Source: Candidatus Electronema aureum (lineage in GTDB: Bacteria; Desulfobacterota; Desulfobulbia; Desulfobulbales; Desulfobulbaceae). From it: 17,940 nucleotides of DNA. A program made the position numbers and the translations under genes. The stretch lies in the NCBI GenBank assembly GCA_004284765.1, contig NQJD01000043.1, forward strand, positions 1 to 17,940, written 5' to 3'. Below, piece by piece: positions 8,192-15,422 of the stretch. Each line of letters starts with the position of its first letter. The first letter of the stretch is position 1. The notes below the pieces were generated by a model. The model saw only the letters and a list, made by a program, of their open reading frames with translations, was not told where the DNA came from and ran no database searches.

Positions 8192-8863
8192 TCAACGTTG
8201 AGCATCTATCTGAGCGATAGCGGCAGGATGCCTCTGCTGAGAGACACCACCCGCAATCATGAATATACCGTAGGTGCTGCGCCAGTTAGGCAGGCGGCGG
8301 ACTATTTCCCCCTGCGTCTCATGATGATGGCTGCTGATCGCCACCTTCTTCAAGATGCGGCCATCAATCTTGCGCACGAAGATGCGGAAGTCTTTTAAAG
8401 TGATGATGCGGATGTTCGGGGTATTATACCACTCGTAAGGAAACTGTTCATTGCGCGGAGCTGCACCGGTCAAGAGTAGCTGGAGCCGCACTCGCCAGTG
8501 GCTGAAGTTAGGGAAGCTGACAATCACCCGGCTGCCGACTGAGAGCAGCACAGTGAGCAGTTTTTCCGGGTCATAAACCTGCTGCAAGGTCTGGCTGAGG
8601 ACGATGTAATCAAAGTGGTTCTCAGGATAATCAGCCACCTCTTCGATCAGGTCGCCGTGCAATACGGAAAGCCCACGGGCAATGCAAAAGGCGGCGTTCT
8701 CCTCATCTAATTCAATGCCCACCCCGCGCACCTGCTTCTGGTTTTGCAGATAAAAAAGCAAGTCTCCTCGGCCACAGCCCAGATCGAGCACGCGGCTGCC
8801 CGGCGTAATCCATGAGGAAATCACTTGCAAATCAAAACGCATGGCAGCGGTGTCAGTCATCAT
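8192..8863 (-). CDS. metW: Methionine biosynthesis protein MetW (methyltransferase-fold partner of MetX)
   Basis: MRFDLQVISSWITPGSRVLDLGCGRGDLLFYL... matches the MetW family, including the SAM-MTase-like glycine motif LDLGCG. It lies directly downstream of metX, as in metXW operons. The start could instead be the internal Met at 8842. Confidence 0.85.
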   Translation of the reverse strand: MMTDTAAMRFDLQVISSWITPGSRVLDLGCGRGDLLFYLQNQKQVRGVGIELDEENAAFCIARGLSVLHGDLIEEVADYPENHFDYIVLSQTLQQVYDPEKLLTVLLSVGSRVIVSFPNFSHWRVRLQLLLTGAAPRNEQFPYEWYNTPNIRIITLKDFRIFVRKIDGRILKKVAISSHHHETQGEIVRRLPNWRSTYGIFMIAGGVSQQRHPAAIAQIDAQR

Positions 8864-8978
8864 GGTCGCACTCCGTTACAACTTGGGCTGAATTGCTGCT
8901 CCAGCAGAGAGTCTGGGAGATCACCACTCGTAGGTCGTCGGGACCTGCGAGCGCACATCGGATTGACCTGAAGTCTCG

Positions 8979-10106
8979 TCAACGCTTTTCCTCAGAACGC
9001 GCCCGCAGAAAACCAGCAACCAAGTCAGTAAGGCGGCGGCTGGGGATGAGAAAGCCGTCATGACCGCTGTCTGCCTCAATCTCGCAGAAGCTGACATTAA
9101 TGCTGTTCTTTTTCAGCAGTCTCACTAACTCTTTGGATTGATACGTAGGATACAGCCAGTCGGAAGAGAAGGCCGTCACGAGGAAGCGGATGCCAGCATC
9201 AGCCATACTGGTGAGCGTTTCGCTGTCCACAGTGGTGAAATCGAAATAGTCAGCTGCTTTGGTAATATAGAGCAAGGAATTAGCGTCAAAGCGTCGGACG
9301 AACTTCTCTCCCTGATGATGCAGATAACTTTCTACTTGGAAGTTGGCATTGAAGTCAAAAGAGAGATTGCAGCGGTCTTGCAGCCGCCTACCAAACTTGC
9401 GGCGCATGGCTTCATCTGAGAGATAGGTGACATGCCCAATCATGCGGGCCACAGCCAGACCAAGTTCCGGGCCGTCGCTGCCATAATAGCTGCCCTGCTG
9501 CCACTTGGGATCAGCCATTATTGCTTGACGGGCAATTTCGTTAAAGGCGATGGATAAGGCAGAGTGGCGGGCTGTGGTCGCGAGAAGAACCGCTGAAGTA
9601 ACCATGTCCGGGTAACTGGCGCACCATTGTAAAGCCTGCATCCCACCCATTGAGCCGCCAACCACAGCCAGCAGCTTGCGAATGCCAAGATGCTCCAGCA
9701 GTAGCTTCTGTGCCTGCACCATGTCCTTGACGGTGACCACAGGAAAGTCCATGCCGTAGGGCTGGTCGGTTGCCGGATTGACTGATGCAGGGCCAGTGGA
9801 ACCCATGCAGCCGCCGATGATGTTGCTGCATACGACAAAGTATTTGCGGGTGTCAATGCCCTTGCCTGGCCCGACCATGAACTCCCACCAGCCCTGCTCC
9901 CGCGCCTTGCTGTTGCCCTGCTCATGGCTGGCGACATGCGAGTCACCGGAGAAAGCGTGCAGAATTAAGATGACGTTGTCCTGTGCTGCTGACAGCTCGC
10001 CCCAAGTCTCGTATGCCAGAGTAATCGGGCCGAGTCCTGCACCGCACTCAACAGGCATCAGGTCAGGTGGTTCAGCAAAGGTGAAGAAGTGTCGCGCGTC
10101 GTTCAT
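8979..10106 (-). CDS. metX: Homoserine O-acetyltransferase
   Basis: 375 aa alpha/beta hydrolase with MetX hallmarks: GGSMGGMQALQW (nucleophile elbow), ...SDWLYP..., and the catalytic His in ...DSGHDGFL. It is followed by metW. Confidence 0.93.
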   Translation of the reverse strand: MNDARHFFTFAEPPDLMPVECGAGLGPITLAYETWGELSAAQDNVILILHAFSGDSHVASHEQGNSKAREQGWWEFMVGPGKGIDTRKYFVVCSNIIGGCMGSTGPASVNPATDQPYGMDFPVVTVKDMVQAQKLLLEHLGIRKLLAVVGGSMGGMQALQWCASYPDMVTSAVLLATTARHSALSIAFNEIARQAIMADPKWQQGSYYGSDGPELGLAVARMIGHVTYLSDEAMRRKFGRRLQDRCNLSFDFNANFQVESYLHHQGEKFVRRFDANSLLYITKAADYFDFTTVDSETLTSMADAGIRFLVTAFSSDWLYPTYQSKELVRLLKKNSINVSFCEIEADSGHDGFLIPSRRLTDLVAGFLRARSEEKR

Positions 10107-10177
10107 GGCTGCTGCCTTTGCCTTTCCTGTTTACTTCTGAATTCATTCATGATACAAGCAGACATACTAGGGGCTGG

Positions 10178-10214
10178 TCTCTGTGCCTGCCCTGATTTGG
10201 GGCACCCACAGAGA
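10178..10214. promoter_or_regulatory. Inverted repeat/hairpin in the metX-divergent intergenic region
   Basis: tctctgtg (10178-10185) pairs with cacagaga (10207-10214). After a 2x2 mismatch there are 4 more inner pairs (tgcc/ggca) around an 8-nt loop. It lies 33 nt upstream of the + strand small gene and about 72 nt upstream of metX. Function unknown. Confidence 0.3.
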
Positions 10215-10246
10215 GGTACCCCTACGAAATTCAACAAGGAGAACAC

Positions 10247-10492
10247 ATGAAGATCAGAACGTTCCATCGCACCTGCGCCATTATCTTTTCCCCCCTGTTT
10301 CTCTTCTCTGCCATCAGCGGCGGCATTCTGCTGTTCAGAAAGGCGGAGATGTATGGCAAGGAGACCAAAGAATTATTTGTCGGTCTGCATACTTGGGAGG
10401 CTATCGCCCCGTATGTTGGCTTGACGTTAGCCTGTGGCCTGCTCACCGTGACCATCACCGGCATCATCCTTTTCTTCAACAAAAGAGCATAG
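10247..10492 (+). CDS. Small two-TM membrane protein, PepSY-associated-TM-helix-like
   Basis: AAGGAG lies 6 nt upstream of the ATG. The 81-aa product has two hydrophobic helices (FHRTCAIIFSPLFLFSAISGGILLF and VGLTLACGLLTVTITGIILFF). The pattern H-R-x(n)-G resembles PepSY_TM helices. The assignment is weak. Confidence 0.5.
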   Translation: MKIRTFHRTCAIIFSPLFLFSAISGGILLFRKAEMYGKETKELFVGLHTWEAIAPYVGLTLACGLLTVTITGIILFFNKRA

Positions 10493-10506
10493 CAACCGGG
10501 ACGAAT

Positions 10507-10607
10507 AGTGCTGCTGCTCACTGTGTAATTCAAGGGCAAGAATTCGGTCTATCAGCCGTGGGTGGCTGCTGGCGCAGAAAGTTGTCCACAGCGTAAGCAG
10601 CAGCATT
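10507..10607. repeat. Long-range inverted repeat, (CTG)3-type arm versus (CAG)3-type arm, enclosing two short hairpins
   Basis: tgctgctgct (10509-10518) is the exact reverse complement of agcagcagca (10596-10605). The stem extends by ctgtg (10521-10525) / cacag (10587-10591). Inside are aattc/gaatt (10527-10531 / 10540-10544) and cagcc/ggctg (10553-10557 / 10564-10568). It lies in the convergent intergenic gap. Confidence 0.4.
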
Positions 10608-10615
10608 CAAAAAAA

Positions 10616-11491
10616 CTATCTTTTCATCTTATCCTTGCGCCCGGCATAAGCAAGAAACTTTTCCGTGAACAACAGGGCCGGGGCAACAATGCAATAACGG
10701 ACGAGGGAACGTAGCAGGGATTTGTTTGCGATTGCCCGCGCCAAGGGCGGAGAAAGGCGCACATACAAGGCGATGAAGGCGCGGCCTAAGCTGCTTGCCG
10801 AAAGATATTCATCCCGGAAGAAGCAGAGCATCCGCACCTTAGAGGAATCTTCGCCGTAGAGGGCGGTTGATAAGAAACAATCATTTTTCTCTTTATAGTT
10901 CATCCTGTCATATTCTTTTTGTCCGTTTTTGTAACATGTGTTATGTAGAAAAACAGAATAGATACTAGTGTCGCCAAGGTGTTTAGACTTATAGTGTAAC
11001 ATATAGAATAATCTATCATCATGATTATATAATTCTAATTTAATATTTTTTGCATTAACAGGAATTAAAGGTAACATGCATCTATAGCAGAGATATTGAA
11101 TATTTCCATGTGGTGGTATGTATAATGGATATGTCATGCGAAATATTTTATGCCCACATCCTCTACAAGAATCCCTTACTGGAATATAATCGTAATGATA
11201 TCCACATAAGTGACATGTGTATGAAAATGGTTTGCAATTATTTGAATATTCTTCGCCAACCTTCCGTAAACATTCTGGATGAGCTAATCCGTTAGCTGTG
11301 TATACATGGCTATATCCATCAGAATCTTTCCCGTAATCTTTGTAATTATATTTTACAAGAACGAACGTTTCCTCTGCTTTTCCACAGATTCTACAGCGAT
11401 ATCCACATGCATGAGTACTGCATCTTGGGCATTTCCTCGCTTCAGAACTAACCTCCGCCCCGCATTCAAAGCATTTAATCAATTCAGCCAT
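10616..11491 (-). CDS. Multi-zinc-ribbon (Cys-rich) protein with a conserved hydrophobic C-terminal CF..TA.YG/FRD module; function unknown
   Basis: The ATG at 11491 has GGAGG 7-8 nt upstream. The track start at 11575 lies inside a structured non-coding repeat and is rejected. The 291-aa product has CxxC pairs at CFEC...CPRC, CRIC, CHLC...CRGC and CYRC. The C-terminus CFLSTALYGEDSSKVRMLCFFRDEYLSASSLGRAFIALYVRLSPPLARAI resembles a recurrent uncharacterised module that I recognise only by motif. Confidence 0.7.
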   Translation of the reverse strand: MAELIKCFECGAEVSSEARKCPRCSTHACGYRCRICGKAEETFVLVKYNYKDYGKDSDGYSHVYTANGLAHPECLRKVGEEYSNNCKPFSYTCHLCGYHYDYIPVRDSCRGCGHKIFRMTYPLYIPPHGNIQYLCYRCMLPLIPVNAKNIKLELYNHDDRLFYMLHYKSKHLGDTSIYSVFLHNTCYKNGQKEYDRMNYKEKNDCFLSTALYGEDSSKVRMLCFFRDEYLSASSLGRAFIALYVRLSPPLARAIANKSLLRSLVRYCIVAPALLFTEKFLAYAGRKDKMKR

Positions 11492-11511
11492 GATGTATTC
11501 CTCCAAATAAA

Positions 11512-11627
11512 TAGGAGTTACGCAGTTGAAACTTGAAATTAAATAATTACAGCAAGTTGAGTTTCGACCATACAAATCGCCGGTTGAACAAAATCAACGG
11601 GTTGTAAATCCAACTGCGTAACTCCTA
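11512..11627. repeat. 17-bp perfect inverted repeat with an 82-nt spacer, between the sdhA stop and the zinc-ribbon gene start
   Basis: taggagttacgcagttg (11512-11528) is the exact reverse complement of caactgcgtaactccta (11611-11627). The spacer holds two further hairpins: aacttg/caagtt at 11530-11535 / 11553-11558, and gttga/tcaac near 11583-11598. Confidence 0.75.
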
Positions 11628-11642
11628 ATAAAAACTAAAATT

Positions 11643-13571
11643 TTACTTATAACTCCTCTGCACCACATCCACCGCCTCAAACCGCAGCGGTTCTTTGTGC
11701 AAAGCTGGCCGTTTCCCTTCGCCCTGATATTCCCAAACCGCCACGTGAGAGAAATTCGCATCATCGCGCAACGCCTCGCCGTCCTCGGTCTGGCTTTCCT
11801 CGCGCAGATGGCAGCCGCAGGACTCCTCCCGCTCCAGCGCATCTAAAACCATCGTCTCGGCAAATTCAAGGAAATCCGCCACGCGCCCGGCCCGTTCCAG
11901 CGACTGGTTCAAATCCTCGCCGCTGCCCGGCACATAGACCTGCTGCCAGAACTCCTCCCGAAGTTGCGGAATTTCCGCCAAAGCCTTGAGCAGCCCCGCC
12001 TTGTTCCGGGCCATGCCGCAGTGATCCCAGAGCAGTGCTCCGAGCCTGCGGTGAAACTGGTCAGCAGTCTGCGTTCCCGGCTGCTTTGGATTGCGGTTGC
12101 GCAGCAGCCGGGCGATGCGTTCGGCAGTCTCCTCTTCCAGCTCGGTAAAGACCGGATGCTCAAGCGATGCTTTGCCCGGACTGTGCTGCGCCAGATAATT
12201 GCTGATGGTCGCGGGCAGGATGAAATAGCCGTCGGCCAAGCCCTGCATGAGCGCACTGGCACCGAGCCGGTTTGCGCCGTGGTCGGAAAAATTGGCCTCA
12301 CCGATGACAAACAGACCTGGCAGCGTGGATTGTAGGTGATAATCCACCCAGAGGCCGCCCATCGCGTAATGCACCGCCGGATAAATCTGCATCGGCTCCT
12401 TGGCCGGGTCGCTGGCGGTGATTTTCTCGTACATCTGGAAGAGATTGCCGTAGTTGCGCAGGATGGCGGGCAGGCCGTCGCGGCGGATCGCCTCGGCAAA
12501 ATCGAGATACACCGCCCGGCTTGTGGCACCTACGCCCAAGCCTTGATCGCAGACCTCCTTGGCGTTGCGCGAGGCCACGTCACGCGGCACCAAGTTGCCG
12601 AAGCGCGGGTATTTGCGCTCCAAATAGTAATCGCGCTCCGCCTCCGGGATGTCCGCAGGCTGGCGGCGGTCGCCCGCCTGTTTCGGCACCCAAACCCGCC
12701 CGTCGTTGCGCAGGCTCTCGCTCATTAGCGTGAGTTTACTCTGATATTCGCCATGCACCGGGATGCAGGTGGGATGAATCTGGACAAAGCAGGGATTGGC
12801 GAAGGCCGCGCCGCGCCGGTGCGCCCGCCAAGTCGCGGTGACATTGCCGGACATGGCGTTGGTGGAGAGATAGAAGGCGTTGCCGTAACCGCCGGTTGCC
12901 AGCACCACAGCGTGGGCAGCGTAGCGTTCGAGCTGGCCGTTGAGCAGATTGCGGACGATGATGCCCTGCGCCTGCCCGTCAATCACGGCCAAGTCCATCA
13001 GCTCGCGGCGCGGAAAGACCGTGACCCGGCCCGCCGCAACCTGCCGCATCAGCGAGGAATACGCGCCGAGCAGTAGCTGCTGGCCGGTCTGGCCGCGTGC
13101 GTAAAAGGTGCGCGAAACCTGCGCCCCGCCGAAGGAGCGGTTGGCGAGCAGGCCGCCGTATTCTCTGGCGAACGGTACGCCCTGCGCCACGCAGTGGTCT
13201 ATGATCGCGTTGGAGACCTGCGCCAGCCGATAGACGTTGGCCTCGCGGCTGCGGAAATCGCCGCCCTTGATGGTGTCGTAGAAGAGGCGCAGCACCGAGT
13301 CGCCGTCGTTCTGGTAATTCTTAGCTGCGTTGATGCCGCCCTGCGCGGCGATGGAGTGGGCGCGGCGCGTGCTGTCTTGCAGGCAGAAGGCCTTGACGCT
13401 GTAGCCCAGCTCGCCGAGCGTGGCGGCGGCGGAAGCTCCGGCCAAGCCAGTGCCGACGACGATGATTTCATATTTGCGGCGGTTGGCCGGGCTGACTAAC
13501 TTGCTGCTGAAGCGGCAGTTGTCCCATTTTTCAGGGAGCGGGCCGGAGGGGATACGGGAATTGAGGAGCAT
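11643..13571 (-). CDS. sdhA: Succinate dehydrogenase / fumarate reductase flavoprotein subunit (type-B, about 640-aa class)
   Basis: 642 aa. [18 protein letters not shown]...[25 protein letters not shown] (FAD dinucleotide fold). [15 protein letters not shown] carries the covalent-FAD His motif. The C-terminus ...[33 protein letters not shown] is typical of the B. subtilis/Bacteroides-type flavoprotein. Confidence 0.93.
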   Translation of the reverse strand: MLLNSRIPSGPLPEKWDNCRFSSKLVSPANRRKYEIIVVGTGLAGASAAATLGELGYSVKAFCLQDSTRRAHSIAAQGGINAAKNYQNDGDSVLRLFYDTIKGGDFRSREANVYRLAQVSNAIIDHCVAQGVPFAREYGGLLANRSFGGAQVSRTFYARGQTGQQLLLGAYSSLMRQVAAGRVTVFPRRELMDLAVIDGQAQGIIVRNLLNGQLERYAAHAVVLATGGYGNAFYLSTNAMSGNVTATWRAHRRGAAFANPCFVQIHPTCIPVHGEYQSKLTLMSESLRNDGRVWVPKQAGDRRQPADIPEAERDYYLERKYPRFGNLVPRDVASRNAKEVCDQGLGVGATSRAVYLDFAEAIRRDGLPAILRNYGNLFQMYEKITASDPAKEPMQIYPAVHYAMGGLWVDYHLQSTLPGLFVIGEANFSDHGANRLGASALMQGLADGYFILPATISNYLAQHSPGKASLEHPVFTELEEETAERIARLLRNRNPKQPGTQTADQFHRRLGALLWDHCGMARNKAGLLKALAEIPQLREEFWQQVYVPGSGEDLNQSLERAGRVADFLEFAETMVLDALEREESCGCHLREESQTEDGEALRDDANFSHVAVWEYQGEGKRPALHKEPLRFEAVDVVQRSYK

Positions 13572-13580
13572 GGCGGGCGA

Positions 13581-13931
13581 TCAGGCATCCTGATAGATGC
13601 AGGCATCCAATATTGCGAGAACTTCTGTCAAAGTGCTGTCCGGTGCCTTTTCTATCAATTTGGCATAACGGCTTCTGTAGTCAATTGATTTGACCTGTTC
13701 AACCATAACATAACCGGTTAAGGAAGATTCTGCGGGAACAGCGACATGGAAGGGAATGCCGCGATCGGTGTTGGTGATTGGGCAGACAATGGCAAGCCCA
13801 GTCGCCTTATTGAACACCTTGTTGCTGACAACCAAGGCTGGACGGCGGCCTTTCTGCTCGTGTCCAGATTGCGGATCAAAGGTCAGCGCAACAAAATCTC
13901 CTTTTTCTGGAATATACAGAGCCATCACCAT
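13581..13931 (-). CDS. mazF: MazF/PemK-family type II toxin (endoribonuclease)
   Basis: ...YIPEKGDFVALTFDPQSGHEQKGRRPALVVS...GLAIVCPITN...VMVEQVKSIDYRSR matches MazF/ChpBK (compare the E. coli MazF pattern GDLIWVDFDPTKGSEQAGHRPAVVLS). The start is taken as ATGGTGATGG overlapping the mazE stop. An ATG at 13925 is equally possible, and the track start at 13979 is unlikely. Confidence 0.9.
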   Translation of the reverse strand: MVMALYIPEKGDFVALTFDPQSGHEQKGRRPALVVSNKVFNKATGLAIVCPITNTDRGIPFHVAVPAESSLTGYVMVEQVKSIDYRSRYAKLIEKAPDSTLTEVLAILDACIYQDA

Positions 13932-14173
13932 TCCTCGCATCCAACAGGAATCCCCCAGTCTTCTTCGTCTAAGCGGCACTGCTGCGGCATTCTGCCTGCC
14001 AGATCATGGATGTCATATTTTCCACGTATATTATTGACCGGCTTGACAATGATTTTGCCTTCATGAACTGTGATGTCTACTTCTGCGCCAATCTTGATCC
14101 GGGAATGCTCAAGTAAATTCTTAGGAATACGCACCCCTTGACTGTTCCCCCACTTCTGAACTCTGGACAACAT
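13925..14173 (-). CDS. mazE: MazE-type antitoxin (AbrB/SpoVT swapped-hairpin DNA-binding domain)
   Basis: MLSRVQKWGNSQGVRIPKNLLEHSRIKIGAEVDITVHEGKIIVKP is the classic SpoVT/AbrB MazE N-terminus, followed by an acidic C-terminal tail. AGGAGG lies 7 nt upstream of the ATG, and the stop overlaps the mazF start. Confidence 0.9.
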   Translation of the reverse strand: MLSRVQKWGNSQGVRIPKNLLEHSRIKIGAEVDITVHEGKIIVKPVNNIRGKYDIHDLAGRMPQQCRLDEEDWGIPVGCEEW

Positions 14174-14201
14174 GGCTCACCTCCTGTTTTGAGTGTGCAG
14201 T

Positions 14202-14242
14202 TTGTATATCCAAGTATATACAATTATCGGGCGAGCTATCAA
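14202..14242 (-). promoter_or_regulatory. Putative mazEF promoter with an overlapping palindromic operator
   Basis: On the minus strand: TTGATA (14242-14237), an 18-nt spacer, then TATACT (14218-14213). The perfect inverted repeat TTGTATAT-N6-ATATACAA (14202-14223) overlaps the -10 element, as expected for MazE/MazEF autoregulation. Confidence 0.5.
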
Positions 14243-14249
14243 GTTTTTT

Positions 14250-14357
14250 CGCTGCGGTCTGACAGGGCTGGCTGGCTAATTTGCTGCTGAAAATGTAATT
14301 GTATAATTGTTCAGCAAGCGGATTGCAATATCTAAAAAAGTGGTGAGTAAAATGCAT
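14250..14357 (-). pseudogene. Diverged, AT-enriched remnant of the first ~35-40 codons of an sdhA/frdA-type flavoprotein gene
   Basis: Ungapped comparison of 14271-14320 with 13491-13540, at a constant 780-nt offset, gives 37/50 identities by hand count, including 19/21 at 14271-14291. The minus-strand translation ...PLAEQLYNYIFSSKLAS aligns with Sdh[18 protein letters not shown] at 10/17 identical positions. Both copies begin with ATG at comparable distance, and the frame is lost after about codon 30. Confidence 0.55.
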
Positions 14358-14427
14358 TGTCAATTAAACTAAACAAATTATTGTTTAAATATCAATATTG
14401 ATTAGCTAATGAATATTCAGCAGATAA

Positions 14428-15054
14428 TTATCTAAAAATGATACTGAATAAATATACAATAAACAGATACAATACATAGCATGGAGCAAGTAGAACTAAT
14501 AATGAAGACGTTGCAATATTATTTCGAAACATGAGATGTAGCGAATACACAGAAAAAGCCATTATGGCGAATCGTATCAAATATTTCAGATACTTTGCAA
14601 TTATCCTGTTGAGCTTATCGAGCGCGACATTCCATTCTTCTTCCTCCTTCTCCGCTTCCGAATAACCGATTGCAACCAAGCCGCCGCAAACAGCTATCGC
14701 CACCAGCAAAGCAGTGATGCCGAGATATTTGTAAACCGCATACAAGCCAGATAAGATAACAAATCCCCAGCGCAGCCTGATCATCAGGCCAGCGAATTTC
14801 TGCACTGGCGGCACACAGCCAGCTTCAAGCCGCAAATACGTCCTGAAAAGCAAATGGATGAGATTGACAATCTGCGTCACAACCCATTTGATGACTGAGA
14901 CAATTGCGTTGAAAATGGCTGTGATCACGCTGGCAATGAAATCAATCACCGAGATGATCGCTATTTTCAGGCCGGTCATGACAGCCTTGAAGCCAATCCC
15001 GATCTTCTTGATCACAATCGTGAGACCAGTTACTGCTGCGGTGAAAATGTTCAT
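14428..15054 (-). CDS. Hypothetical polytopic membrane protein with an N-terminal ~11-residue repeat region
   Basis: GGAGG lies 9 nt upstream of the ATG. The 208-aa product is very hydrophobic, with about 5-6 predicted helices by eye. Residues 9-74 stack as 11-mers (TGLTIVIKKIG/IGFKAVMTGLK/IAIISVIDFIA/SVITAIFNAIV/SVIKWVVTQIV/NLIHLLFRTYL). An acidic loop EAEKEEEEW follows. I recognise no family. Confidence 0.62.
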   Translation of the reverse strand: MNIFTAAVTGLTIVIKKIGIGFKAVMTGLKIAIISVIDFIASVITAIFNAIVSVIKWVVTQIVNLIHLLFRTYLRLEAGCVPPVQKFAGLMIRLRWGFVILSGLYAVYKYLGITALLVAIAVCGGLVAIGYSEAEKEEEEWNVALDKLNRIIAKYLKYLIRFAIMAFSVYSLHLMFRNNIATSSLLVLLAPCYVLYLFIVYLFSIIFR

Positions 15055-15075
15055 GAGAGCCGCCTCCGTTGAGTT

Positions 15076-15113
15076 ATCTCGTTGTCCTGCCGCGCAACGC
15101 AGGGAAACGAGAT
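15076..15113 (-). promoter_or_regulatory. Stable stem-loop in the 5' leader of the membrane protein gene
   Basis: atctcgtt (15076-15083) pairs with aacgagat (15106-15113). After one mismatch there are 6 further pairs (tcctgc/gcaggg, one G-U) around an 8-nt loop. On the minus strand it ends about 8 nt before the GGAGG Shine-Dalgarno. There is no U-tract, so it is not a canonical terminator. Confidence 0.35.
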
Positions 15114-15190
15114 AAAAATACCTCTGTCGGCGGCTGAAGTAAACAGCGATGCTGATGAAACTTTACGCAGGATGCGGCAGGTGGCATCGG

Positions 15191-15219
15191 TTGACAAGTA
15201 CCCACAGAAAAGATAAACT
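15191..15219 (+). promoter_or_regulatory. Near-consensus sigma70 promoter driving the small TM peptide gene
   Basis: TTGACA (15191-15196), a 17-nt spacer, then TAAACT (15214-15219). The predicted transcription start near 15226 lies about 20 nt before the ATG at 15246. Confidence 0.5.
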
Positions 15220-15245
15220 AGTCTCAATCTGGTCTGAATTTGAAC

Positions 15246-15422
15246 ATGCAAGATGTTGTTTATAGATCGGGCAGAGATGTTAATGTTATTGTTAAACCGC
15301 AAGAACCAAATCTAGTATGGAAAGGTATCGGCAATATATTATCAACGGTTGCTATACTTGGATTATTAGGAAGGTTAGTCGCTATTAGTTCTGCTCAAGA
15401 AGAAGAAAAAAAAAGCAGATAG
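15246..15422 (+). CDS. Small hypothetical protein (58 aa) with one C-terminal-half TM segment and a charged tail
   Basis: MQDVVYRSGRDVNVIVKPQEPNLVWKGIGNILSTVAILGLLGRLVAISSAQEEEKKSR. It sits between a strong promoter and a terminator-like structure. There is no obvious Shine-Dalgarno, and the track start at 15240 is a TTG. The sequence is AT-rich. Coding status is uncertain. Confidence 0.4.
   Translation: MQDVVYRSGRDVNVIVKPQEPNLVWKGIGNILSTVAILGLLGRLVAISSAQEEEKKSR

Noticed and set aside
10107-10246. SAM riboswitch upstream of metX
   Set aside because: There is no recognisable SAM-I core (GAGGGA...GGCAACC...GGUGC pattern), and I cannot confidently match SAM-II or other classes by eye. Only a generic hairpin is present, and it is reported separately at low interest.
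11492-11575. N-terminal extension of the zinc-ribbon ORF (track start 11575)
   Set aside because: The extension runs through the 17-bp inverted-repeat element and has no ribosome-binding site. The ATG at 11491 has GGAGG at ideal spacing and starts directly with a zinc-ribbon motif.
13932-13979. Longer MazF N-terminus (track start 13979, MPLRRRRLGDSCWMRG...)
   Set aside because: It overlaps mazE by 55 nt and adds a non-homologous Arg-rich leader. MazF homology begins at ...YIPEKGD, and ATG codons at 13931 and 13925 overlap the mazE stop in the usual coupled arrangement.
14428-15054. The 208-aa membrane protein as a divergent SdhC/FrdC cytochrome b. It sits exactly where the C subunit would lie relative to the sdhA' remnant and has a similar size.
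   Set aside because: It contains only two histidines (type-B cytochrome b subunits need four heme-ligating His). It shows no resemblance to the SdhC/FrdC sequences I recall, and its N-terminal 11-mer repeats are atypical. A profile search could still overturn this rejection.
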